DNA of 63,016 bases, the filler included, from Lenisia limosa (Eukaryota > Protista > Breviatea), in assembly GCA_001655205.1 (NCBI GenBank). It is 17 parts of 17 records of this genome, joined end to end, with 100 filler letters (N's around TTAATTAATTAA, not from the genome) between each part and the next. Parts side by side here need not be neighbours in the genome. Positions count along the whole stretch, not along the records: positions 12,401 to 14,229 come from LPNZ01010631.1; positions 14,330 to 16,919 come from LPNZ01000429.1; positions 17,020 to 20,479 come from LPNZ01001429.1; positions 20,580 to 23,626 come from LPNZ01001457.1; positions 23,727 to 30,018 come from LPNZ01006459.1; 12 more parts are not named here. One strand, written 5' to 3'. Shown here in pieces: positions 12,440-24,736 of the stretch. The first letter of the stretch is position 1, and each line of letters opens with the position of its first letter. The position numbers and the translations under genes were made by a program. The notes under the pieces were generated by a model. It did not search any database. It was not told the origin of the DNA and was given only the letters and a program-made list of their open reading frames with translations.

Positions 12440-14229
12440 ACACTAATCAATCTGAGCCACCCGCCCAAATTCCGAGGCCAACACTCCAATCCGGGCCGAA
12501 AAAAGCTCCACCCGCCGCCGCCGCCGCCGTCAGTGTGATCAGTCCAGAAGAAGGCAAGAAGTCCTTCCTGCGTCGGAAGCCGGACGTGATTAGCTTTCCA
12601 AAGGGGCCTACTAAACTGCCGGACTTCTCTAATGTCAAAACCAAAGTGGGGAGGGGGCCGTTTCTTGGACAAACACACTTGTACANNNNNNNNNNNNNNN
12701 NNNNNNNNNNNNNNNNNNNNNNNNNNNNNNNNNNNNNNNNNNNNNNNNNNNNNNNNNNNNNNNNNNNNNNTAATATACATGTACTTGTATTTATGATGAT
12801 TGTTTGAAAAGGAAAGCTATTGATGACCCAAGGCTCTTGTGTATCCTTTGTCAAAGCTTGCTCTCTTTATTCCTTGTTTCTACTAAATTTTTGCAAATAA
12901 AGCTCCCTTTACACGGATTCTACTGATGAGAGTACGGTGTAATTTCGTAGATCCAAGCGGGCCGGGCGTCTAAGTCCGAAAACGCCAAAGCTGCATCAGC
13001 AGGTTTGGTACCCCGGACCGCTTCAAAGGTTGGGACTCGTGATAGTTTAATCAGATAATTCACTCTGGGGTTGTTAGGCAAATGGTTTTTTTCAATGCGT
13101 AGTGATATACTGTCCTCGGTATCATGGCATATGCATAGCTTTGGAGAGACACAACCTTGATTATTCTGGTAAAGAGATTCTACATTCTTCATTGTCATTT
13201 CCTTTGTTTCACGTACATGTACGCTGGCCTGGGCTTTGTTTATTTTGTTGTTTTCAACCCTCTTGTGTTGTCAGCCAACAGAGTTGATTTTGGGCCCTTT
13301 TTAGTTTCATGTATTTTCCAATTTACCCCCCCCCCCAGGTTGAAAGCAAACGGCCGTCCACAGCAGGCCCGCGTGCACGGTCTCAGTCGGCTTGTGTGCC
13401 GAAATCTATGCAGTTCGTGGGGATATGCTTGGTCATTTTGATACAACAACCTAAGATCACCCATTTCTACACACTGTTATCCAATTTCCTGTATTAGCGT
13501 GATAATGTGGACGGCTTTGGCCAGGTGCTCCCTTCTTGTGTTTCTCATTTCTAAATACTTGTATTTTTCAGTCTTGATCTTAACTATGCTCTATCATAGT
13601 TTCACTAGCTTTCTCTAGTCAAACTCTACATTTCTGAGATTGTAGGGTGACAAGGCCCCAAACAGCTTCTGCTTCATCATCGGCACTGTAAAGGGGTGGA
13701 CATCAAGGCGCTTGGTTTACATTTTGACGTGAAATGTTCAACAGAGTTGTTTTTGTTTTGTTTGTCCACGTTTCAGATGATTCGGTTTGGGATAAATACC
13801 TTTACCTCACGGCAGAGTCGATTTTGGTTTTGAATCAGATTTCCAAATTGACTTCTCAAGAGTTGATTCTGGATTATTGTTTTGTTTCATAAGTTTTTTA
13901 TTTTCACCAGTTACCTTCATGCCAATACTCTTCATCGAGATTTCCTTCATTTTACCTCCCTCCCCAAAAGAGTTTATTTTGGGCCTTTTTGCTTCGTAAA
14001 TTTCCTTCGTTTTACTCCCCCCTCAGACCTAAGCCCCAACCCACGCAATCCGCCCGGCCCGCAACGTCGTCAGGCTCCCAGCCGCGTCTGAGTGCGGCAA
14101 CTGCGGCCAGGGTTCTGAACTCCCGGAATGGCCTCCGTCCGGCATCGGGTCGGATGTCAGAAGGTTCAGTTCGTTCCGGTTCCGACACGGCTGCCACGGT
14201 TATTCCGACTGAAAAGCCGATTGTGGCTC
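12440..14229 (+). CDS. Low-complexity Ser/Pro/Arg-rich protein fragment with RPxTA motifs
   Basis: Exons ...KLPDFSNVKTK / IQAGRASKSENAK... / VESKRPSTAGPRARSQSA / VTRPQTASASSSA / RPKPQPTQSARPATSSG...RPASGR; good splice sites; both ends lie at gaps. Confidence 0.65.
13219..13338 (+). mobile_element. Introner-like element A, internally deleted copy ending at acceptor
   Basis: GTACGCTGG-CCTGGGCTTTG...AGCCAACAGAGTTGATTTTGGG...CCCCCCCCCAG followed by the coding exon VESKRPSTA. Confidence 0.7.
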
Positions 14230-14334
14230 NNNNNNNNNNNNNNNNNNNNNNNNNNNNNNNNNNNNNNNNNNNNTTAATTAATTAANNNNNNNNNNNNNNN
14301 NNNNNNNNNNNNNNNNNNNNNNNNNNNNNCCCCC

Positions 14335-16669
14335 TGCAAACCTGAAAGTCCACCAGTTCCTGACAGATTCATATCCGGAGTAAGATTAAGAAGTTTGCCG
14401 TGATATGCTGCCTTGATTCGACTCTGAGGAGGGGGAGTGAAAAGGGTGAAATTGGAAAATTTATGAAACAAAATTCTGTTGGCTGACAACACTCAAGGGT
14501 TGATAGCAGCAAAACAAACAAAGTCCAGGCCAGTCGCTTCTGCAGCACTAGTATAAAGTAGCATAAAACAGGTAATCATCATACTCACCGATCGTGAGAA
14601 GTGCACGTCTTCCCTTGTCGTTTGCAGGTTATCTTCCTCAGACGAGTGGACCTAATAAGGTCACCAAATATATGCGGAGGAGACCATGTCGATTTACCAA
14701 AGGCTTATCAAGAATATGGAGGAAAATTGATGATTTATCAAGGAGTTATCAAGGAGTTATCAAGGATTTATCAAGGATTTATTAAGGATTTATCAAGGAT
14801 TTATCAAGGATTTATCAAGGATTTATCGGGGATTTATCGGGAATTTGGAGAAATTCCAATTTTCTTTCGAAGCACTCGCTAAATAAATACACGTTGGGCA
14901 AACCCTGGAGGTAAGCACGATTTTCTTAGTCACGTTTGGGGCACTGGAGGGGCGGGAGGTGGTTGCGGCTTGGTTCTGGTCCTGGGGGAGTAACGGAGGG
15001 AATTTAAGTGTCCTGGGGAGAGAGAAATAGAAATTCACAAAATAAAAAGTCCAAAATTAAAGAAAAGGGTTGAAAACAAGTAGTAACAGACTCGGGGAAA
15101 TATATTTATCCCATGAGGTAGTAGATATAATACATAATAGTATTATTCGCCCGCTCTGTTTATAATACTGAAGGATATGGCATACCGAGGGTTCTTGGGG
15201 CACCCTTCGACGACCTCGTGAGAGCAGGGGATTCTCAGGGTTGGTGGATATGGGGGGCTGGGGGATGGACGGGAATTACGAGATGTGCGTTTGTGTGTGT
15301 GTGTGTGAGTGACAGTGAGGTGGGTGGTCAACTTTGGTTGAACATTGGAAAATTCATGAAACAAAACCCAACATCAACTCTAATGGCTACATTATACATA
15401 TAATATACACTGACCCTTTTGACCGATTGTCTGAGGGAAAATTTGTTGCATATGGCAAGATTTACTGAAAAAAACACACCCAGCGTACTCTCGAGGATTC
15501 GATCAGGGGGTTGTTCGGATTGGGGCGATTGGAGGGCGGTTCCCCAGACTGGGCTGGGAGAGTCGTCATTATTCCCTTTCCTCCGCGCCTGGGTGCTAAG
15601 AAGTCAGGGGGGTATCTCGAAACTCAATTTATGATACCTAGGGACGATATTATATCATTTGTATTGGGTGAATAAAAATTATACTATATTCTCCAATATC
15701 TCTGATAAGCGTGACAGTGTGTGGCGAGATACAACCTTTTTATTTCTCAACTGTACATACACATATATTTCGCCTGATATTATGGAATATACATGTATAT
15801 GCTGCAATATTGCAGGGAAGATATAAATATCTATACGACAGGAAAGATATAGCTCATATCTAAACTGATCACCCCCTCTCACGTAGACTGCCGAGAGCGT
15901 TCACTAAACGGACGCCTTTGGCCACTGTTTTGAGGGTGTGAGGGCCTTGGTGCGCTCGTCGTCTGAATTCATTAGGAAGTTTGGGTGGGCTTGAGGAACC
16001 TCACTCCGATACGAAAAAAACTGAATATGTCGATATATACTATTGATGATATATCGTAGTTTGGTCATTTTTAGAACCGAAGTGAAGCCCCGAGTGGAAA
16101 GACGTTTGTTGCAAGTAGGTCTTCCTAATGGCCAAAAAAGGCTGACTTTCCCGAAAAATCCTCGATAAATATCGATATTTTGACGGTCTTTTCGGACCGT
16201 AGGGAAGCCCAAATTACACTGGTTTCGAGAACACTAAAGGTGATTTGATTATTCTCTGATGATTGGCTTAAGTGGTGATTCATAAATACCCCTTCAAAGA
16301 AAGCCCCACATACGGTGGCGGTGGTGGCCTGACCGGTTCAAGGCCATGCACAATCATTCGGTGCGCGACTGAGTCTCTATAGAGCTGGTCTAGGGGGGCT
16401 AGAAGGGGTAACAAAAACGTGGAGGAAACTCTGCGGGAGGGGTGTGTGCTCTTCAAAGACAGCAGATTATTATGTTTAGAGAACAACGGGAAGGTGATTT
16501 ATTAACCCCTTTCCTATCCCAAATGATGCCAGAGCTTCACTTTCGGTTATACTGAATACACCGTCTCATTTAATCCCAAACCCGCATCCAATCATAAAAG
16601 GTTTAATCTGATCAAAGCCCCCATCCCGTCAGAAGTGCGTACCATCTCTGTTTGCCTCTTCCTTGTCAT
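14335..16669 (-). CDS. Low-complexity protein fragment, 5' part
   Basis: Proposed start MTRKRQTEM then gtacgc; exons DQLYRDSVAHRMIVHGLEPVRPPPPP, TTSAPRPSHPQNSGQRRPFSERSRQST, DQNQAATTSRPSSAPNVTKKIVLTSR. Some exon frames are ambiguous. Confidence 0.55.
14424..14550 (-). mobile_element. Element A copy supplying acceptor
   Basis: Minus strand: gtgctgcagaagcgactggcctgg...gtcagccaacagaattttgtttcataaattttcc...cctcctcag then exon. Confidence 0.7.
14730..14845. repeat. 10-bp minisatellite (GGATTTATCA)n
   Basis: About 10 tandem units, some imperfect, within an intron. Confidence 0.9.
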
Positions 16670-17019
16670 TTTCAGTGGAGTTAGTTCCGCTCTACGTGTT
16701 GTTAATACAATGAAAAATAATAACTATCAGTGCAGTTAATTGAGAAATTTTAAAATTGGAAGTGGTTAGTCTAAAAACCGGAATTATATTTCAGGCACTT
16801 TAATTTCTAATCTTTTCAATCATTTCCTTAAATAATTAATTACACGGAGCTGAGCCACTGAATCATTCGAAAGAGGAGAATGACATTAGAATACTTGCAT
16901 TCCTCACCCCCCCCCCCCCNNNNNNNNNNNNNNNNNNNNNNNNNNNNNNNNNNNNNNNNNNNNTTAATTAATTAANNNNNNNNNNNNNNNNNNNNNNNNN
17001 NNNNNNNNNNNNNNNNNNN

Positions 17020-17499
17020 AAGAAGTGCAGTTTCTCAAAAAGCAAAGCAAGTTGTTGTTGAATTCTGGAATCTGGTGAAAATTTGGCTCCTGACCAAGCG
17101 ATTGCACTACAGGCCAAAGCAATGGTTCTGAACGATGAAAGAGGAGATGCTTTCAGTGATATTGAAAAAGGATTCCTTCAGGGAGCCGCAGCCTCTTTAG
17201 CGGTGCTCCAGTGTCAACAGTTAAGTCTCTGTACCAAATTGGTCCTTCGACCGATATAGTACTAAAGCCAGTTAAATTCTTTGTTTTAGAGCGTGGTGAG
17301 CAAGTCACAACCATCAGACCAGGACAGGTAAAGTGACCTTCATCAGTTTTTGACTGATTATGTATAGGTTATTGCAACGAAGGATGAGCTCAAGATCGAC
17401 AGAAAAAAGGCTCCGACAAACAAAGGTGGCATTCTTGGTCCCAGAGAAAGCACGGTTAAAAAGCTTAAGGAAAAGAAGAAAAAGAAGGCTAAGAAGTAA
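17020..17499 (+). pseudogene. Family-X ORF, copy 1 (frameshifted, internally deleted)
   Basis: ESGENLAPDQAIALQAKA...FLQGAAASLAV...IGPSTDIVLKPVKFFVLERGEQVTTIRPGQ / VIATKDELKIDRKK...KKAKK*. Homologous to 52322-52930; carries a frameshift near 17065 and lacks roughly 25-30 codons. Confidence 0.75.
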
Positions 17500-17899
17500 T
17501 TTTTTTGAATGTATTGTTTTAAGTTAAAAAACTGGCTTGCATTTTTCCTTTATTACATCTCTAAAATTCATTCCAAAAAAACATCAAAAATAAAAAATGA
17601 CACGATATCGCAAAAATGACACGGTTTCTGCGCTGCTGCATTTCAATTTTTGTAATTTCGCCCAAAAATCCCCAGAATTTGATGAAAATAAAATATTTCC
17701 CCTGTTTTTCAGTCTGGAAAAGATTTCCACAGTAAAATAGCTATATTTTACTGTTTTCGTGGTTTATAGTAGACAAAATTGTGCTTTATATGACCACTAC
17801 CAAAAAGTGACATCTTGAAAAAAGGGCTCGGGCCCCAAGGGGATTATATTAATTCCCCCAATCATTTGACTTACAACTCTGTGCACACAGCTTTCTGCG

Positions 17900-20231
17900 T
17901 GCCTCCCCATCATACTAAAAAGGAGGACAACATCCATTCTTAATCTGATAAAGGCAAATTCAAATAAGTCAATTATTGTTTCCCCTTCATACCCTTTGTT
18001 TAAGGCAAAAGCGCCATGGTAGGCTCGGGCTTTTGGTAAGTCCACCGAAGTCACTCTCGTCCACACCATGTGATCTAATAGGAAAAGTGAAATACGGTGT
18101 CTTTTTTACTATCTCAGTGGGAAAACGTAGTACAATCCGTGAACCAATACAGGTAACATTTATCAGTTCACTTGATAAAAATTTGTACACACTATAATTC
18201 TCATAATCATATGAATCAAAATCGTCATTTCCAGCTGTCTATTCCATTATCACGAATTCAGCAAGTACTCACTCACCGAGTGAAAATATCCAGAGATCTG
18301 AAGAGTAACTTGCAACAGACTCTTTTCCTAATTGGGTTAAAGGGAGTAAATAATCCTCTATCATCATCACTATCATCACCACTATCATCACATCATCACC
18401 ATCATCACATCACCACCATCAACCATCATCACATCATCACCATCATCACCATCATCATCACCATCATCATCACCACCACATCATCACCATCACCACCACC
18501 ATTATTATCATTATCATCACCATTATCACCACCTTCTTCTACATCATCATCATCATCATCACCATCATCATCATCATCGCCATCATCATCACCACCATCA
18601 TCACCATTATCATCACCATCATCACCATCATCACCAACTTCTTCTACATCATCATCATCACCACCATCACCACCATCATCACCACCATCATCACCACCAT
18701 CATCATCATTATCATCACCATCATCACCATCTTCTTCTACATCATCGTCATCATCACCAATATCATCATCATCATCATCATCGCCACCAACTGTATTTTC
18801 CGCCAAAAATAGTGAGAACATTACTTCGGGTGAAGCAGGATGTGTGCCCAAAAATGTTCGGAGGGCCTCCCATGTTATTAATAGCGTGCCACTGGAGGAG
18901 TGAAAAAAGAGCACGATAACGTCCATGTTAATTGAGAAACTCAAGCCTTAAGCCACCCCCATGTTATCAATATCATTAAATAAAAGCAGTGAAACAGACC
19001 CTTGATTAGGGCTTCCCTACGGTCCGAAAAAGACCATTAAAATAACGATATTTATCTAGGATTTATCGAGAAATTCATTCTTTTTTGGGATCGTAGGGAA
19101 GCTGTACCCTAGATAATTAACATACGAGCCCATCATGTTATAAATAGCGTTCCATTAGCATTGAACAAACTAGAAGAACTAACCGTCCCCAGATACCAAG
19201 CCAAATAATTAAATCAGGGAAAATAGCATTTAAAGTACAATAACCCGGCTCCAATAAAAAGGTTCAAAGCCCCCCCCCCCCCCCNNNNNNNNNNNNNNNN
19301 NNNNNNNNNNNNNNNNNNNNNNNNNNNNNNNNNNNNNNNNNNNNNNNNNNNNNNNNNNNNNNNNNNNNNNNNNNNNNNNNNNTGCTAAAATCGTTAGAAA
19401 TGTCATGTGAAAATGATCCAAAAAGTGAGATGATTCTGATGGTATTCTAGCCAATTCCTTGATGCTGATGGTATTTTAGCCATTTCCTTGATAGTAATGG
19501 TAGTGTGGCCATTTTCTTGAAAATGATGGTAGATTGTCCTTTTTCTTGCACTCTAGAAAGAAAACAGGTGAGCACCTCCTCCCATTTTGGTAGTAGTAAC
19601 AAATATACCCCCACTCCCCATACGATACCGCATGTTAACAACCCCACCTGTTTGTGTTTCTGTGAGATTCCTCCAATAAGAATGACGTTTGAGTGATCCA
19701 AAGTCACTGAGAAGGAGTGTAACGGCGGCGGCGACCCATGCTTGCCTATCATTTCGAGGGAACGCACGCGGCTCCNNNNNNNNNNNNNNNNNNNNNNNNN
19801 NNNNNNNNNNNNNNNNNNNNNNNNNNNNNNNNNNNNNNNNNNNNNNNNNNNCAACACACGAGAGTTGAAAACAACAAAACAAACAAAGCACAGGCCAGTC
19901 GCTTCTGCAGCTCCGCATCCCATCGGTAAAAATGAAAGTGCCTAGCATATTGATCCCTAATTACTAGGGCTTCCCTACAGTCCGCAAAGCACCGGTCAAA
20001 TATCGATATTTATCCAGGATTAATCGAGAAATTCAGTCTTTTTTTAACTGTAGGGAAGCCCTACTAATTACCATCATTCAGGGTTTGATGAAGTTAGTAT
20101 GGAATATTTTTGGATTTATCCTGCAAGCTCCAAAAAGACCGGAAATTCACGTAACACAGAATCCCCTGCCAACCTATTGAAAAGGAGTACACATCTGAGA
20201 GCGTTTTCTTCCCCGAAAAGCCTCCAAAAAT
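17900..20231 (-). CDS. Kelch-repeat protein (partial)
   Basis: IFGGFSGKKTLSDVYSFSI; GKHGSPPPLHSFSVTLDHSNVILIGG; WHAINNMGGPPNIFGHTSCFTRSNVLTIFGGKY; SDLWIFSLDHMVWTRVTSVDLPKARAYHGAFAL. These show the GG dipeptide, H..C and W hallmarks of Kelch blades. Confidence 0.85.
18355..18785. repeat. Degenerate (CAT/CAC)n microsatellite in a Kelch-gene intron
   Basis: Lies between phase-compatible Kelch exons. Similar tracts at 11790, 40580 and 55805; (AAC/AAT)n at 32250; (GAAG)n at 23530. Confidence 0.9.
19966..20064. mobile_element. MITE family M, subfamily b
   Basis: TIR gggcttccctac(a/g)gtcc...ctgtagggaagccc with the same core (aaatatcgatatttatcgag...aattcagtc). Other copies near 16116, 19007, 21373, 23075, 30705, 47363 and 53855; apparent a/b hybrids at 12090 and 44390. 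Confidence 0.85.
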
Positions 20232-20579
20232 CTATGAAATGATGAGACTCTGAAGAGAACCAGAAAATCTAAAAACAAAATCATTTACTTCAGAAGAAAA
20301 GAAATATGAGATGATATTGAATTAACTCAATGGAGTAATAATATGTCAGGGTTTTTGTCGCTTTTGATAAGGGTTTAGACTTGCATTCACTCTCAGCGTT
20401 TCATAATTTAATACCACTTACCCTCCCACCACAGTCCCACAGTCCTCCATCCTCCCACCACAGTCCTCCATCCTCCCACNNNNNNNNNNNNNNNNNNNNN
20501 NNNNNNNNNNNNNNNNNNNNNNNTTAATTAATTAANNNNNNNNNNNNNNNNNNNNNNNNNNNNNNNNNNNNNNNNNNNN

Positions 20580-23495
20580 TCAATATTAGTAGCGGAGGTG
20601 AGAGAGACACTGTTTGCCGGGCAGTCTTTACAAACTGATTGGCCAGTCTCATCGTTATACCTGGGGGGGGGTGAAAAAGTATATACAATAGTATACGATC
20701 CATATATCATATAAACTTTTGATCAAAAAAAAATAAATATATTATGCATACATGGGGAAGAATGAATAGGTACATATATGTATATGTACTATGTTGTACC
20801 TGTGTGTGTATGTGTGTGAAAATTTATAAAATACAATATAGTATACTATATACTGTATATTATGCAAGGACAAGATATTATTGTACTTGGGGTGGGGGTG
20901 GGGGCTTGAGTTATTGTCACACCTTTCTTCAGATAGCACGTCACCCGCGCAAATTCTATCTACTACACAATCTCACTCCCACTGGTTCGATACCGTATCT
21001 CAGGGCTTTATTTCTCTCTTGTATACCATTTTTTTTCAAAAATAAAGTTATCGACACACTTCCTCCCCTCCTCTAGCTTTGCTTTCTTTCTTTCAATTTT
21101 TCCAATTTCACCGTCCTCTCCTCACGTTGTATCCGAGCACGCTTTGCATTCAGACGACCCCGCAGTGTCCTGGTAGAATCCGACCAGACAGTCGTCGCAT
21201 TTCGTCCCTCCAATAACGCTACTGTAGGTACCTGGGGGTGGGGGTAAATTGGAAAATTTATGAGAAAAAAAAATGCCCAAAATCAATTCTGCTGGCTGAC
21301 AACAAATGAGGGATGAGAACACAGCCAAGGTCAGACACTCTGATAAAAAATAGTGGGGTATTTAGTGTTAATTAGGGCTTCCATAAGGTCCCAAAAAGAC
21401 AGAAATTTCCGATAAATTCTCGATAAATATTGACATTTTACCAGTCTTTTTCCAGACCTTAGGAAAGCCTTAGTGATAATATTAGGGATAGGCGTGTTAG
21501 AAACATGCAGCTTTGATGAAGAAAACTGGACAAAGGTACTGATTATGAACTAGAATATATGAAATTAAGACAACAAAAACAACTACAATAATAATCAGAA
21601 CAGACAAAAAACAAACAAATAGAGGGAAGAGTGGGAACTTGGAATTGGGAAAATTGTAGTTCACTTTGCCAATAGTTGCCCCAATACCAGGGGCACAAGC
21701 CAGGCATGTTTCACTCGAAGTTGCTGCGACCGTTGCACTGTGTGTTCCACCTATGAATTAAGAGGGAATTAGAAAGGAAGCTATTGTTGAAACTGTTGAT
21801 TGTAGGGTGCCAATTGAATGCACTCGAGGAAGGTAGATAGAAATTATTGACCTACAATATTGTATTACCCTCGTCTGTTTAAAAAACAAGGAAGAACATT
21901 GATAATGCACCCCCAGCCCCTCCGCTATCACTAAAAACAAGATACCTAAAAAAAAAAAAGAATTATAAAAAAAAAATACAACAAAGACAAGATACCCCCC
22001 TCACTAGGGCATGATGTGCAGGAAGTTGCAGCAATGCTGTGCGTATACGTTCCGGCTGGACAGTCCTAAGTAATTCTGGTTAAAATTGGTCAAAATTGGG
22101 AGAAATATGGACTAATTGGAGAAGCACCTAGTGTGTCTCGGGGAGGAGGGCGCCGAGGAGCGTGGGCGCAGAAGCATGGTAATATATTAATGGTATCCCT
22201 ATGTATTTTTTTTTCTCCCTAGATTTTGTATAATAAATATAATCAAGGTCAAAATCAGAGGAAATTTTTTATATTATAAAAGGCAAGAAAATATGTGAAA
22301 GAAGGTAAACTATGTTAACAGAAAGAAACTTGAAACTGGGTAATTTGCCACCCCCACCCAATCTCACCTGACAGTCCACAGACCCGGCAACGGAACTGAA
22401 CCTTCCCTCAGGACACTGTTGGCAGTAACTGGCTTTCTTCACATTCTGCATAGCGGAGTGAGATGACTATTCGAACAGCGGAAGAAATAATATAGTGTAA
22501 ATAGCAGCAATAAGAATTAAAAAAGAATAAAAGTTGTATCTGGCCGAAGCCGACCACACCATCACATCACGCTGAGAGAAATATTAGATTATGTATCATA
22601 CCAATCATTTATAGCGGGTGTGACAGGACTATGCTATGGCGGTGTTATAGGACTATGCTATGGCGAATTTTAGGGTCATCATCATTTACATATGAAATGA
22701 ATAACTATACGTAAGACATACTGTAGTACATACATATATTATGATATTGATATATATACATAAGAAATTATGTTTAATATTATACTTATCATAAGTACAC
22801 AGATAAGCGATCATACACTGTAGTACCCAGGGTTGCAGAGATTGCAGAGGGGGGAGTCGCTATACTCATCTCGATACCTGGGGGTGGGGGTGAGTAAAAA
22901 TGAAAATTGTATGACGGGTGGGGGGCTATTTCTCATTCCTACAGGAGATATTTAAACTTATTAGTCCAGCAAATATGTACGATGTATATCGGCAAGGGCT
23001 TTACTTCGGTACCAAAAGACCAGTAAAATATCGATATTTGTCAAGGATTTGTCGAGAATTCAGTCTTATAGCTCCTCTACATTCCGAAAAAGACCATGAA
23101 AATTTCGATATTTATCGAGGTTATCAAGAAATTCAGTCTTCTTTGGGACTGTAGGGAAGCCCTACATACTGCCCCCCCTCTCCAACCTTCCCCATACAAA
23201 CGTCTTTTAAAACAATCATTATAATATCCCTTTTCATATATAATATGCAAATAATTGTTTGTCTCAAAAGATTAAGTATTCGGAAATATTTCAGAAAAAC
23301 AAATCCATTTGATTATCATTTTGTACTTCAATCTGTTTTTGTTTGTGATATTCAACAAGTTTTCTGTCACATATTATTGCTCCCAAACCCCCCATTACCT
23401 TCCCTCCGAGCACTCGTTGCAGGGTTCAAGGGAGCCTGTGTCAATGGGAAACTCCCAGGACGAAAGCGTCTCATAGCCGGAAGGGCAGGATTTGA
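20580..23495 (-). CDS. Cysteine-rich repeat (GCC2/GCC3, ephrin-receptor-like) surface protein fragment
   Basis: Repeats of CxxCxxGxY/F: CQQCPEGRFSSVAGSVDC, DCPAGTYTHSIAATSCTSCP, CDDCLVGFYQDTAGSSECKAC, RYNDETGQSVCKDCPANS. Confidence 0.85.
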
Positions 23496-23866
23496 CTGCG
23501 GGTTTAGGGATTGCGGATGAATGAATAAAAGAAAGAAGGAAGGAAAGAAAGAAAGTAAAAATGAAAGAAAGAAGGAAAGAAGGAAAGAAGGAAAGAAGGA
23601 AAGAAGGAAAGAAGGAAAGAAGGAAANNNNNNNNNNNNNNNNNNNNNNNNNNNNNNNNNNNNNNNNNNNNTTAATTAATTAANNNNNNNNNNNNNNNNNN
23701 NNNNNNNNNNNNNNNNNNNNNNNNNNATCATAAATGACACGGTTTCTCATAAATGACACGGTTTCCGTGCAGCAGCATATATATATCAAATTTGTGTGTG
23801 TGTGTTATAAGTATTTTTATGTCCATATCGTATGTATTGACACACATAATATGTATATATGTATAG

Positions 23867-24461
23867 TCAAAGCTCCGGACATCATTCAAAACTCCCGGAC
23901 AGCTTGAGTTTTCCATACAAAATCACCATAAACCACCCAAAAACCCTATTTCCCTTTTTGTTTTCGAAGTAATCTCAATCTTAATTAAAGAATGGAACCC
24001 CAATTTAACAGATTGTCAGGTCAAAACCAAATTAAGTCCCTTAGCTCTCTATTTACGGTCCAAATACTGTCAAAAACANNNNNNNNNNCTGTGCTATTTT
24101 GAGTATTTTTCGCTCAAAATTCACCATTACATAGCCAAAGCAAAGGGGAACCCGAAACCAATTACTCCGAGGGGTGCAAATTTTTGTTTCTTAACACTCA
24201 AAGAGGGTAAGATTCAGAAAAAAATCCTGTGAAAAGGCAAAAAGGGGACCCCCGGGAGACCAAATTCACGGATTTTTCACATTTGTTCAAAATTGAAACA
24301 AAAAAGTTAGGGAACATAAGGAGGGCCATTTCTCTATATATCTGTCGAAGCAGTTTTTAAAAAAACACTGACAATGGCTCAGACAAGGCGTCAACATCAA
24401 GCTGTCCGGGAGTTTTGATGTGTCCGGGAATTTTGAATGATGTCCGGAGCTTTGAGGACCC
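23867..24461. mobile_element. Non-autonomous TIR DNA element (~590 bp)
   Basis: tcaaagctccggacatcattcaaaactccccggacagcttga at 23867 is inverted as tcaagctgtccggggagtttt...aatgatgtccggagctttga ending near 24455; internal CCGGACA repeats; TA-rich flanks. Confidence 0.75.
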
Positions 24462-24736
24462 ATATATATATATATATATATATATACAGTGTATATATAT
24501 TGAGATCAGAAATATAACCAGGTTGTATCACACTAACACGCTGATACGAGATATTGGATTACTATTAATTCAACTGAGTATGGATAATATCAACTTACAT
24601 ATATCACATCATATTATATGATATAAATGTAGAGGATATAGTGCTGAAGTAATAGTCAGTATCATACTTGCTTAGACGCATTGCAGAAGCCTTGCCTTCT
24701 GTTCCATCAACAAACACACNNNNNNNNNNNNNNNNA

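Noticed and set aside
14730-14845. Possible CRISPR array
   Set aside because: Head-to-tail 10-mers with no unique spacers, in a eukaryotic intron.
18172-18944. Long ORFs on both strands (Ser/Pro-rich and Asp/Gly-rich)
   Set aside because: Translations of an intronic (CAT)n microsatellite between phase-compatible Kelch exons. The same applies to poly-N/L at 32234 and poly-H at 55570.
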